A stretch of 64,000 bases of DNA. It comes from Candidatus Gastranaerophilales bacterium (GTDB lineage: Bacteria > Cyanobacteriota > Vampirovibrionia > Gastranaerophilales > Gastranaerophilaceae). Positions 34,751 to 43,531 of this stretch are shown piece after piece. Each line of letters begins with the position of its first letter. Positions within the stretch are counted from its first letter, which is position 1. Location: assembly GCA_944325905.1 (NCBI GenBank), contig CALVBY010000001.1, forward strand, positions 31,873-95,872, in the 5' to 3' direction. The notes beneath the pieces were generated by a model, which worked only from the letters and a program-made list of their open reading frames with translations, did no database searches and was not told the origin of the DNA. The translations under genes and the position numbers were made by a program.

Positions 34751-36109
34751 TTGTTTGAAAAATTTACAGAAAAAGCAATAAATGTAGTAACTGAAGCTCA
34801 GAACATTGCCAAAAGTCAACATTCTGTTTGTGTAATGCCTGAACATTTACTTTTGGCATTAGTTAAAGAGGCTAAAGGTATATCGCTAAAAATTTTTAAA
34901 TCATACAATGTAGAATTTGATGAATTAAAAAATAATCTCATGCAAGATGCGAAACTGGAAACAACCGAACTGGATTTACCCGCACTGGCCTTTAGTGCAT
35001 CTTTAAAAGTCATACTAAGACAAACTCTTGACCTTGCGACAAAATCAGGCAATTCAACAGTCTTATATGAACATTTATTTCTTGCTGTACTTTCCGACAA
35101 ACATTCAAATAACTACATAACCCTTGAAAAAATGGGGTTTGATGTACAAAAATCTAAAAATCTTTTAGAAAAACTTGTTCAAAGAAAAACAAAGAAACTC
35201 TACCATCCTGAAATCGACGATACAAAGGAACCTGAAGTAAATCTTTCAAAAGAAACCGATTCAATATTTGACAGCAAAGAATCTTCCGCTGTTTTTGAAA
35301 GAGCTGTTTCAAAGTTATCGGCTTCAAATTATGAAATTCTGGGAACCGAGCAAATTATTTCGTCTATCTTGGAGGATAAAAATTCCGATTTAACAAAGAT
35401 TTTTGCACAATTTGGAATAACCTCCGAAAATTTTGAAGAAAAATTAGCAAGTATCCAATCAAGACAATCCGAATACGAAGGACGACAAATAATATTCACA
35501 CCAAATGCCTTTAGGACAATGAGTTTAGCATTACAAACAGCAAAAGAGCTTGGTTCTTCAGTTGTACTACCGGAGCATATTGTTTTGGGATTGCTAAAAA
35601 CTAAAAAGGGAGTAGCATACGATATAATAAAAGAATTTCACATAAACGATGACGACTTAGCTCACAGCATAATCAAACCTATTGAAAAGCAAATGCCGGA
35701 AACTCTTACAATACTAAGATTAGCAAAGCAAGAAGCACGAAGGTTGGGACGTAATGTAGTTGGAACAGAAATGTTTCTGCTTGGAATTTTAGGTGAAGCA
35801 ACAGGCATTGGCGCAGTAGTTTTGTCAGAGCTCGAAATAAACATCAAAGATACAAGAGCCGAAGTTGAAAAACTTATTGGCTTTGGTAATGAATATTTTG
35901 ATAATGAAATAGTATTCACAAAGAGAGCAAAACGCGTGCTTGAAAAAGCATGGGAATTTGCAAAAAGTGAACACAAGGAAAAAATCGAATCACAACATAT
36001 GCTTTTGGCGATAACAACAGAGCCGACTTCACTTGCTATGAAAGCTCTTGAGCAACTTGGTGTCGATGCTGTTGAAATCAAAGAAGGAATTAAAAAGCAC
36101 ATATGTTAA
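34751..36109 (+). CDS. Clp N-domain (Clp R repeat)-only protein, three tandem Clp-N modules, no ATPase
   Basis: Starts MFEKFTEKA... like ClpC/ClpB, with an apparent TTG start after GAGGAAGAA. Repeat signatures recur about six times (PEHLLLAL, YEHLFLAV, PEHIVLGLL, TEMFLLGIL, SQHMLLAI). No Walker motifs. Confidence 0.75.
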   Translation: MFEKFTEKAINVVTEAQNIAKSQHSVCVMPEHLLLALVKEAKGISLKIFKSYNVEFDELKNNLMQDAKLETTELDLPALAFSASLKVILRQTLDLATKSGNSTVLYEHLFLAVLSDKHSNNYITLEKMGFDVQKSKNLLEKLVQRKTKKLYHPEIDDTKEPEVNLSKETDSIFDSKESSAVFERAVSKLSASNYEILGTEQIISSILEDKNSDLTKIFAQFGITSENFEEKLASIQSRQSEYEGRQIIFTPNAFRTMSLALQTAKELGSSVVLPEHIVLGLLKTKKGVAYDIIKEFHINDDDLAHSIIKPIEKQMPETLTILRLAKQEARRLGRNVVGTEMFLLGILGEATGIGAVVLSELEINIKDTRAEVEKLIGFGNEYFDNEIVFTKRAKRVLEKAWEFAKSEHKEKIESQHMLLAITTEPTSLAMKALEQLGVDAVEIKEGIKKHIC

Positions 36110-37404
36110 TTGAAGCGGTAGAATCATTTTTAAACAAATATGATTTACTGCGGGAAAATAACAATATTCTTGTAGCATTTTCCGGCGGATATGATTCTAT
36201 GTGTCTTTTAGATATATTAAACAAATTAAGCCCAAAATACGGCATCAATATTTACGCAATACATCTAAATCATAATTGGAGAGGAGAAGAAAGCGACCAA
36301 GAGGAAATAAATTGCAAAAATTTCTGTAAAAATATATGTTTTTATAGTGAAAAACTTCCTGAAGAAATTCCACATACTGAAACAGCTGCAAGAGAAGCAC
36401 GCTACCGCTTTTTTGAAAAATGTGCAAAAAAGTTTAGATCCAAAGTAGTTTTAACAGCACATAATGCGAATGATAATGCTGAAACTATTTTTTACAGGAT
36501 AATAAAAGGAACCGGTATAACCGGGCTGGAAGGAATACAAGAGCACCGAAATATTTTTTATAGACCTCTTTTAAAAATTTATCGTAAAGACATCGAAAAA
36601 TATTGTGAACAAAATAACCTAAAACCCAATATTGATAGTTCAAATTTTGATACAAATTACGTAAGAAACCAAATAAGACACGAAATTTTTCCTGTATTGA
36701 AAAATATAAATCCCGATTTTGAAAAAAATCTAAACCAAATTTCAGAAACCGCAATTTCCGCAAACGAACTTATTGAAAAACACTTAAATAAACTGGAAGA
36801 TTATTCAAGTGAAGAATTCTGCAAACTAAGTTATTTTGTCCAAAATACTATAATTCATAGATTTTTAAGAGAAAATAATATTGATTATGACAGAAAAAAA
36901 ATCGAAGATATTACGGAATTTATATTGAATAGCCAAAATTCAAAATCCGGGAAAAAATATTCTTTAACAAAAAATCTTTGGTTGTTCGTAAATAACCAAA
37001 AAATAGTTAGCATTAATAACATTCCAAAAGATTTGCCTGAAATAAAAATTCAGACAGAAGGTGAATACAATATCGGCGAATACAAATTTACCATAATAAA
37101 AACCACACAAAAGCCTAAACACTATCCACCCGATAAAGATATGACGGCATACGTTAAAATTGACAAATTAGATTTTACGCTAAGAAAACGTCAAAATGGT
37201 GACATAATACAACCATTAGGATTAAATGGTACCCAAAAATTAAAAAAATACCTTACTGAAAAAGAAATTCCAAAACACGAAAAAGATGACCTGATATTCT
37301 TATGCTCCGGGAAAGAAATCCTATGGGCACCAGGTATTGGCATAAGTGAAAAAATAAAAGTGGTAAACAATCCAACTCACATGTTAAAATTAGAAAAGAG
37401 GTAG
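36103..37404 (+). CDS. tilS: tRNA(Ile)-lysidine synthetase
   Basis: PP-loop VAFSGGYDS and HLNHNWRGEES. Followed by hpt, as in many genomes. Confidence 0.9.
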   Translation: MLIEAVESFLNKYDLLRENNNILVAFSGGYDSMCLLDILNKLSPKYGINIYAIHLNHNWRGEESDQEEINCKNFCKNICFYSEKLPEEIPHTETAAREARYRFFEKCAKKFRSKVVLTAHNANDNAETIFYRIIKGTGITGLEGIQEHRNIFYRPLLKIYRKDIEKYCEQNNLKPNIDSSNFDTNYVRNQIRHEIFPVLKNINPDFEKNLNQISETAISANELIEKHLNKLEDYSSEEFCKLSYFVQNTIIHRFLRENNIDYDRKKIEDITEFILNSQNSKSGKKYSLTKNLWLFVNNQKIVSINNIPKDLPEIKIQTEGEYNIGEYKFTIIKTTQKPKHYPPDKDMTAYVKIDKLDFTLRKRQNGDIIQPLGLNGTQKLKKYLTEKEIPKHEKDDLIFLCSGKEILWAPGIGISEKIKVVNNPTHMLKLEKR

Positions 37405-37406
37405 CT

Positions 37407-37943
37407 ATGGAAATTAAACTTGAAGACTTAGAAATATTATTTACAGAAGAACAAATTCAACAAAAAGTAAAAGAACTTGCAGAAAAAATGAATAATTACT
37501 ATAAAAACGAAGAGGTAATAGCCATATGCGTACTCAAAGGAGCAGTTATGTTTGCTATTGACCTTGTGAAAAATCTTAAAATGCCGTTAAAAATGGAATT
37601 TATACGTCTATCGAGTTACGGAACAGGAACAGTATCAACAGGCAAAGTTCATGCTGTAGATATATCTTTACCTGACCTTAATGACAAGAACGTACTAATT
37701 ATTGAAGACATCGTTGACACAGGTCATACAGCGAAGTTTTTAATGGATTTTATAAACAATAACTTTAAAACAAAATCTACAAAATTCTGCTCACTTTTGG
37801 ATAAAAAAATCTCTAGAGTAACAGACATTGAACCGGATTATTACGGATTTGATATAGATGACAAATTTGTTGTAGGCTACGGTCTTGATTATGAAGGTTA
37901 TTATAGGAACTTACGCTACATAGGATATAAAGCTATTGTATAA
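37407..37943 (+). CDS. hpt: Hypoxanthine phosphoribosyltransferase
   Basis: PRPP-binding motif VLIIEDIVDTGHT and C-terminal VGYGLDY...YRNL. Confidence 0.92.
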   Translation: MEIKLEDLEILFTEEQIQQKVKELAEKMNNYYKNEEVIAICVLKGAVMFAIDLVKNLKMPLKMEFIRLSSYGTGTVSTGKVHAVDISLPDLNDKNVLIIEDIVDTGHTAKFLMDFINNNFKTKSTKFCSLLDKKISRVTDIEPDYYGFDIDDKFVVGYGLDYEGYYRNLRYIGYKAIV

Positions 37944-38991
37944 AAATGCTCTAACAAAAATAGATGATTTTTTTCAAATAGATATTAAAAAAAATCCGGA
38001 AGATTTATTTATAGTTTTAAAATCTATAATAGATTTTGATACCGGTTATATTGAGCTGGAAAACACAAGCAAATATCAGTATATTTTCGGTGAAGACGGT
38101 AGCTATTTATACGTTGAAGATTTGAAAATTAAAAATACGAAATTCGGAAAATTAAAAATAACTCGACAAAAAGAATTTTCTAAAAAAGAAAAAACTATTT
38201 TAAAAAGCTGCGTAAAAATAATCACCAATTTAATAAAAGACGCTGAAATTGCTAAAATAACTTCAATGCAAGTTGAAACATTACAGGAAGGAATCTACCG
38301 AAAAAATGAAGCTTATGAGTTAGCAAAAATTCAAAATGATTTCTTTGCAAATTTCTCACATGAATTAAGGACACCACTAAACTCAATAATAAATTCCTCC
38401 GAATTGCTTTTAACAAATATATTTGGAACATTAAATGATAAACAAAACGAATACATTAATGACATTTATATTGCGAGTCTTCATCTGTTGGGTATGATTA
38501 ACGACATACTTGACCTATCAAAATTAGAGGCAAACTCAATGCAGCTTAATTATGCAAAATTTAGCCTACAACAAAACTTGATTGAAGTTTGTAACATACT
38601 AAAACCAATGGCTGTAAAAAAACAAATAGAAATTAAAATAAACAACTTTAAAGACATAGAAATAAGCGCCGATTACAATAAACTTCAACAAATTTTTTTC
38701 AATATAATTAACAACGCAATCAAATACACACCTAAAAACGGCAGAATAACAATAAATCTATCTCAAAAAGACTCTAAAGTTTACATAAAAATAAAGGACA
38801 ATGGGATTGGCATAGATAAAAAATACCATAAAAAAATATTCCAAAAATTTGTTCAAATAGGAAACAATAAAAACTCAAACGGATTAGGATTAACAATAAC
38901 AAAAGAACTAGTCGAAATGCACAAAGGCACAATTGAACTTAAAAGCGAGCCACAAAAAGGGTCAGAATTCACGATTCACCTGCCTGTGTAG
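37936..38991 (+). CDS. Cytoplasmic sensor histidine kinase (no adjacent response regulator)
   Basis: H-box FANFSHELRTPLNSI, N-box NNAIKYTP, G-boxes DNGIGI and GLGLTI. No TM segment. Apparent TTG start. Confidence 0.85.
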   Translation: MYKNALTKIDDFFQIDIKKNPEDLFIVLKSIIDFDTGYIELENTSKYQYIFGEDGSYLYVEDLKIKNTKFGKLKITRQKEFSKKEKTILKSCVKIITNLIKDAEIAKITSMQVETLQEGIYRKNEAYELAKIQNDFFANFSHELRTPLNSIINSSELLLTNIFGTLNDKQNEYINDIYIASLHLLGMINDILDLSKLEANSMQLNYAKFSLQQNLIEVCNILKPMAVKKQIEIKINNFKDIEISADYNKLQQIFFNIINNAIKYTPKNGRITINLSQKDSKVYIKIKDNGIGIDKKYHKKIFQKFVQIGNNKNSNGLGLTITKELVEMHKGTIELKSEPQKGSEFTIHLPV

Positions 38992-39052
38992 AACTTGATT
39001 TTTTTTCAAAATATGTTAAAATAAAAGAGAACAGTATATTTAGGAGGATAGT

Positions 39053-39754
39053 ATGGCATCAATAAAAGACGCCGTGGAAGAGTCAATTACTGACAATTTA
39101 GCATTTGTAAAATATATTTTGTATGCAATACCTGTGTTTATTTGCTATAATCTCTTTAATGCAGGCAATATGGGTTGGTTTTATTTCTTAGGCTTTTTCA
39201 CATTGCTAATGCTCATAAGTATACTAATCCAATGCACTTACAACGTAAGAAACGGGCAAAACTACGTATTGCCGACGTTCAATATATTTTCTTTTATCGC
39301 AACAGCCTTTAAAGCTCTCTTTGCTGTGGGGCCAATATTAGGTATCAGTTTATGGATTGGTAACATGATCACATCAATAAAAATACCCATACCTCTACCT
39401 AATATTCAACTAATATATGACATAATCATTTGGTTATTAATAGGATCAATTGTAGTAACTTCTTTGATTTTATATTCCAAAACTCAAAAAATTAAAGACG
39501 CATACAATTTTGTACTAATACTAAACACATGTATTGATATTCTTGTAGCAATAATATTTTTCATTCCTCAGCTTATCATTTTAAATGGGTTAATTATAGG
39601 TATAATTGCATATCTGTTCGGAGTATTTTTCACGTTAGAGAATGCCATATTCATTTTTATTTGTTCTATAGCTTTAGTAATAAACGTAGCGATTACTGGA
39701 AATTACTTTGCTCAAATAGATTATGAACTTGTACCAAGAGAAGAAAATAACTAA
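39053..39754 (+). CDS. Polytopic integral membrane protein, unknown function
   Basis: About six hydrophobic helices. AGGAGG ribosome-binding site. Confidence 0.65.
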   Translation: MASIKDAVEESITDNLAFVKYILYAIPVFICYNLFNAGNMGWFYFLGFFTLLMLISILIQCTYNVRNGQNYVLPTFNIFSFIATAFKALFAVGPILGISLWIGNMITSIKIPIPLPNIQLIYDIIIWLLIGSIVVTSLILYSKTQKIKDAYNFVLILNTCIDILVAIIFFIPQLIILNGLIIGIIAYLFGVFFTLENAIFIFICSIALVINVAITGNYFAQIDYELVPREENN

Positions 39755-41736
39755 ATCATTTCTCTTAGCTTTTTAAGCTTGTCACGAATTTCAGCTGCAC
39801 GCTCAAAGTCGAGAATTTTTGCAGCTTTGTGCATGTCTTTTTCGAGTTTTTCAATTAATTTTGGTAAATCTTTTGTATCTATTCCTAAATCAACCATTTC
39901 TTCAGCTACAACATCCTCAAAGTCACGATAACTTGCGACTAGAGATAAAAGATTATTCTCTATAGGTTTCTTGATAGTTTGAGGAATTATACCATATTTT
40001 TTGTTATACGCGATTTGAATTTCACGGCGTCTTTCGGTTTCTTTAATTGCCTTGTCCATAGAATCAGTTATTTTATCAGCATACATAATAACTTCACCGC
40101 AAGCATTACGAGCAGCTCGACCAATTGTTTGGATTAAACTGGTTTCTGAACGTAAAAATCCTTCTTTATCAGCATCCATAATCGCAACAAGCGACACCTC
40201 AGGAATATCTAACCCTTCTCTTAAGAGGTTAACACCTATCAAAACATCAAATTCACCCAACCTTAAATCACGCAAAATTTCAACACGTTCCAGCGATTGG
40301 ATTTCACTATGCAAATACCTAACTCGGATGCCTTCTTGGATAAAGAAATCCGTCAAATCTTCAGCCATCCTTTTAGTCAAGGTTGTAACAAGTACTCTTT
40401 CGTTTTTATCTGCACGCTTTTGAATTTCATTTTTCAAATCATTAATTTGAGTATCAATTGGTCTTACATAAATTTTAGGATCGACCAGACCAGTTGGCCT
40501 GATAATTTGTTCAACAATTTGGTCGGATGTTTCTCTTTCAAATTCAGCAGGAGTAGCCGAAATATAAATTTTTTGTCCTACCTTTTCAAAAAATTCTTTA
40601 GAAGTTAAAGGCCTATTGTCTTTTGCACAAGGTAACCTAAAGCCATACTCAATTAAAGTATCCTTTCTTGAAGCATCACCATGACTCATACCTTTTAACT
40701 GAGGCAAAGTAACGTGCGACTCATCAATAACTGTTAAAAAATCACCTTTAAAATAATCTAACAATGTAGCGGGAGGAGAACCCGGCGGTCTGCGCTCAAT
40801 TATCCTTGAATAATTTTCAATACCGGAACAATATCCCATCTCCTTAATCATTTCCATGTCATATTTAACACGCTGTTCAAGCCGTTGCGCCTCAACTAAT
40901 TTATTTTGATTATTTAATTCAACTAATCTGTCTTTTAATTCTTTACGAATCAAATCCATCGTTTCATCAACATTTTCGTCATATGAAAGATAATGTACTG
41001 CAGGATATATAACCACACTTTCAGGGGCCTCTAAAATTTCACCTGAAACATTATCAATTCTGATAATTTTTTCTATTTCATCACCAAAGAAATAGATTCT
41101 GGTTACTATTTTTTCATACGCAGGCATAATTTCAACAATATCACCTCTGGCTCTGAAAGTAGAACGTTCCAAAACTAAATCATTACGTTTATATTGAACG
41201 CTTACAAGGTGTCTTAATAAATCATCTCTGGCAACCTCATCACCAACCTTCAGTTCCACAGATCCTTTAAAATAATTTTCGGGCAATCCCAAACCATAAA
41301 TACAACTTACAGAAGCAACAATTATTACATCATTTCTTTCATTCAAACACCTTGTTGCATTGTGACGCAGCCTATCAATTTCCTCGTTTATAGAAGCTGT
41401 TTTTTCAATATAAGTATCGGTCCTTGGAATATAAGCTTCCGGTTGATAATAATCGTAGTAGCTTATAAAATATTCAACAGCATTTTCCGGAAAAAGCTCT
41501 TTAAACTCGTTATAAAGCTGTGCAGCAAGAGTTTTGTTATGAGCAATAATCAAAGTTGGCTTCTGAACCCTTTCAATAACATTTGCAATAGTATATGTTT
41601 TACCTGATCCGGTAATTCCAAGTAAAGTTTGAGCATCATCACCTTTATTCAAACCCTCAACCAAAGCATCAATTGCCTTTGGCTGATCACCGGAAGGTTT
41701 ATATTTTGAATGTATTTTAAACTCTTTGTATTGCAT
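39751..41736 (-). CDS. uvrB: Excinuclease ABC subunit B
   Basis: [27 protein letters not shown] and the C-terminal UVR motif ([11 protein letters not shown]). Confidence 0.96.
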   Translation of the reverse strand: MQYKEFKIHSKYKPSGDQPKAIDALVEGLNKGDDAQTLLGITGSGKTYTIANVIERVQKPTLIIAHNKTLAAQLYNEFKELFPENAVEYFISYYDYYQPEAYIPRTDTYIEKTASINEEIDRLRHNATRCLNERNDVIIVASVSCIYGLGLPENYFKGSVELKVGDEVARDDLLRHLVSVQYKRNDLVLERSTFRARGDIVEIMPAYEKIVTRIYFFGDEIEKIIRIDNVSGEILEAPESVVIYPAVHYLSYDENVDETMDLIRKELKDRLVELNNQNKLVEAQRLEQRVKYDMEMIKEMGYCSGIENYSRIIERRPPGSPPATLLDYFKGDFLTVIDESHVTLPQLKGMSHGDASRKDTLIEYGFRLPCAKDNRPLTSKEFFEKVGQKIYISATPAEFERETSDQIVEQIIRPTGLVDPKIYVRPIDTQINDLKNEIQKRADKNERVLVTTLTKRMAEDLTDFFIQEGIRVRYLHSEIQSLERVEILRDLRLGEFDVLIGVNLLREGLDIPEVSLVAIMDADKEGFLRSETSLIQTIGRAARNACGEVIMYADKITDSMDKAIKETERRREIQIAYNKKYGIIPQTIKKPIENNLLSLVASYRDFEDVVAEEMVDLGIDTKDLPKLIEKLEKDMHKAAKILDFERAAEIRDKLKKLREMI

Positions 41737-41772
41737 AACAAAAGTTTATAACAAATAAATACACATTTCTAC

Positions 41773-42084
41773 TTATACAGACGCTAAAATTCTTGTTACA
41801 AAGATATCTTTTTCAGCTTCAGTCAAAATCAAAGCCGCATTTTCAGGCAATGCCAACCTTGCGTTGAGATACGCTCTGATTAATTTTTTCTGTTCGTCTT
41901 CCGTAAATTCAAACCAGACAGGTGTGTATGCAATTTTGTTCAAAACCATACATTCAATGTCTTCCAACATCTCCAAATCGGCTTGAATATGAGATGGATA
42001 GGCCGATTTTTTCTCTACTTTTTTGTCAGACTTCTTGTCTGAAGATTTTTTCTTCTCATCCTTAAATCTGTCGCTTAAACCCAA
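41773..42084 (-). CDS. Small protein with Lys-rich disordered N-terminus (103 aa)
   Basis: DRFKDEKKKSSDKKSDKKVEKK followed by a helical domain. Sits 8 nt downstream of the ParA/MinD-like ATPase gene on the same strand. Confidence 0.6.
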   Translation of the reverse strand: MGLSDRFKDEKKKSSDKKSDKKVEKKSAYPSHIQADLEMLEDIECMVLNKIAYTPVWFEFTEDEQKKLIRAYLNARLALPENAALILTEAEKDIFVTRILASV

Positions 42085-42092
42085 AATGCCTC

Positions 42093-43268
42093 CTAATCTA
42101 ATATACTATTGTATTTTTTAGCCAAATTTTCACGATAAATACTATCTGTCAAATGTAGCGCCAAATCTCTATAACTCCTTGCAACATTTGAATCAGGATT
42201 AATATCACTTACCGGAATCCCTTTGTTTATTGATGACATCATAGTGAAATAATTATTCGGAATTTTCCAGTAAACTTTTTTACCCATAACACCTTCTATA
42301 TCTTCAACACTGACCTCATCATTTTCCATGTATCTGTTTAGAATAATTTGTGTTTTGTCTTTATCAAATCCTAATCTTTCAAATAACTCCAAACAGCGCT
42401 GTGAATTTCTTAGTGCCGGTAAATTTGCAACAGTAACAAGAAATATCAAGTCAGATTCAGTTAACGCTGCAATATTTTTTGCATCAAAACTTGATTCAGC
42501 ATCAACAACAATATAAGAAAAAGTATCTTTTAAAATAGAGAATAGTTTAGTAATATGTTGAGGTGAAATATCCGCCGCCTGTTTAAAAAATGGCGGATCC
42601 GCCAAAACATAAAGGCTCGTTTGCTTGTATCTTTCAAGAGTACTTAACAGAAAATCCTCATTCATTTTATTAAGATTTTCCAGCATATAAGAAATATTAA
42701 AAGATGGCTTTAGATCCATAAATGATGTAATATCACCTAATTGGAAATTCAAATCCAAAAGCGCAACCTTTTCTTTTGTAATTTTAGCCAACTCCAACCC
42801 TAAATTAGAAGCAATTGAAGTTTTTCCAATTCCACCTTTATTTGAAAAAATAGAGATAATTTTACATCTTGTACCTTTTGGGGCAACACAATATAATGAC
42901 TCATTAATTCTATTAAAGGCATCAATTAATTCAGACTTAATTACAGGTAATGCCAGAAATTCTTTAGCTCCAGCTCGCATCACTCTTACAATCAAATCAA
43001 CGGAAGGATTATCCGATAAAACCAAAACTTTGCAATTATGAATATTTTTAGTAATATCCTCGATAAAAGACAACTTAGCGTCCGCATTATCAGAAATATC
43101 AACAATTAAAACAGATTTATCCAAAGAGGAAAGAGTATCAAATATTTCCATATATTCAGGGAATTTATCAAGTAACTCAAACTTTTCAAATTCACTTACA
43201 TATAAAGACAATACCTTTTGGGTTTGTTCATTATCAGATAAAACTATTGTTGAAACCTTATTCTGCAT
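42093..43268 (-). CDS. Receiver-like domain fused to ParA/MinD-type ATPase (TadZ/CpaE-like)
   Basis: N-terminal CheY-like fold (VLIVDIS, VLVLSDN, GAKEFLALP). Deviant Walker A SNKGGIGKTS. No other tad/cpa genes in the window. Confidence 0.75.
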   Translation of the reverse strand: MQNKVSTIVLSDNEQTQKVLSLYVSEFEKFELLDKFPEYMEIFDTLSSLDKSVLIVDISDNADAKLSFIEDITKNIHNCKVLVLSDNPSVDLIVRVMRAGAKEFLALPVIKSELIDAFNRINESLYCVAPKGTRCKIISIFSNKGGIGKTSIASNLGLELAKITKEKVALLDLNFQLGDITSFMDLKPSFNISYMLENLNKMNEDFLLSTLERYKQTSLYVLADPPFFKQAADISPQHITKLFSILKDTFSYIVVDAESSFDAKNIAALTESDLIFLVTVANLPALRNSQRCLELFERLGFDKDKTQIILNRYMENDEVSVEDIEGVMGKKVYWKIPNNYFTMMSSINKGIPVSDINPDSNVARSYRDLALHLTDSIYRENLAKKYNSILD

Positions 43269-43309
43269 ACAATAATTTTAACATATTTTTTTAAATGTAT
43301 CAATAGAAA

Positions 43310-43500
43310 AATAAGCCCCAAACGAGCGCGATTTTGTTACCTGCTGGTCTCGCAGGTGGGTGAGCGCCTCGGCAAATCCGTTTCCCGCTGGCGACTATTA
43401 ATCGGCGGGTATACTGCAATGCCTGACAGAGTCAACTCTCCCTTTTAGTATAATGTAGGAACAAAATTAACACCCGTCCGGAGCAGAAACATTTTAGCAT
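43310..43500 (-). ncRNA. GC-rich structured RNA candidate (class undetermined), possibly a leader of the TadZ-like gene
   Basis: 67 of 120 nt are G+C in 43321-43440, in an AT-rich genome and with no ORF. Closing helix 43331-41/43458-67 (10 bp, one bulge). 7-bp hairpin 43384-90/43403-09. Strand not established. Confidence 0.4.
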
Positions 43501-43531
43501 ATATGAATTTGCTTTTCAACTATCACTTTAA

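Noticed and set aside
43429-43440. The shared 12-mer GAGTCAACTCTC at 43429-43440 and 60437-60448.
   Set aside because: Single 12-mer coincidences are expected many times over in 128 kb of two-strand sequence. There is no extended similarity around either copy.
43310-43500. The GC-rich island considered as SRP RNA, 6S RNA, RNase P RNA, or a TPP or cobalamin riboswitch.
   Set aside because: There are partial resemblances: GUCCGGAGCAG to the SRP GGAA-loop region, AGUCGCCAGCGGGAAA to the TPP P4/P5 region, and AAAUCCG…CCCGC…ACUAUUAA to the cobalamin core. The invariant cores as I recall them are absent, namely the SRP GGAA tetraloop with AGCAGC, the TPP CUGAGA and the B12 box. The length is wrong for RNase P. 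It is kept as an unclassified candidate instead.
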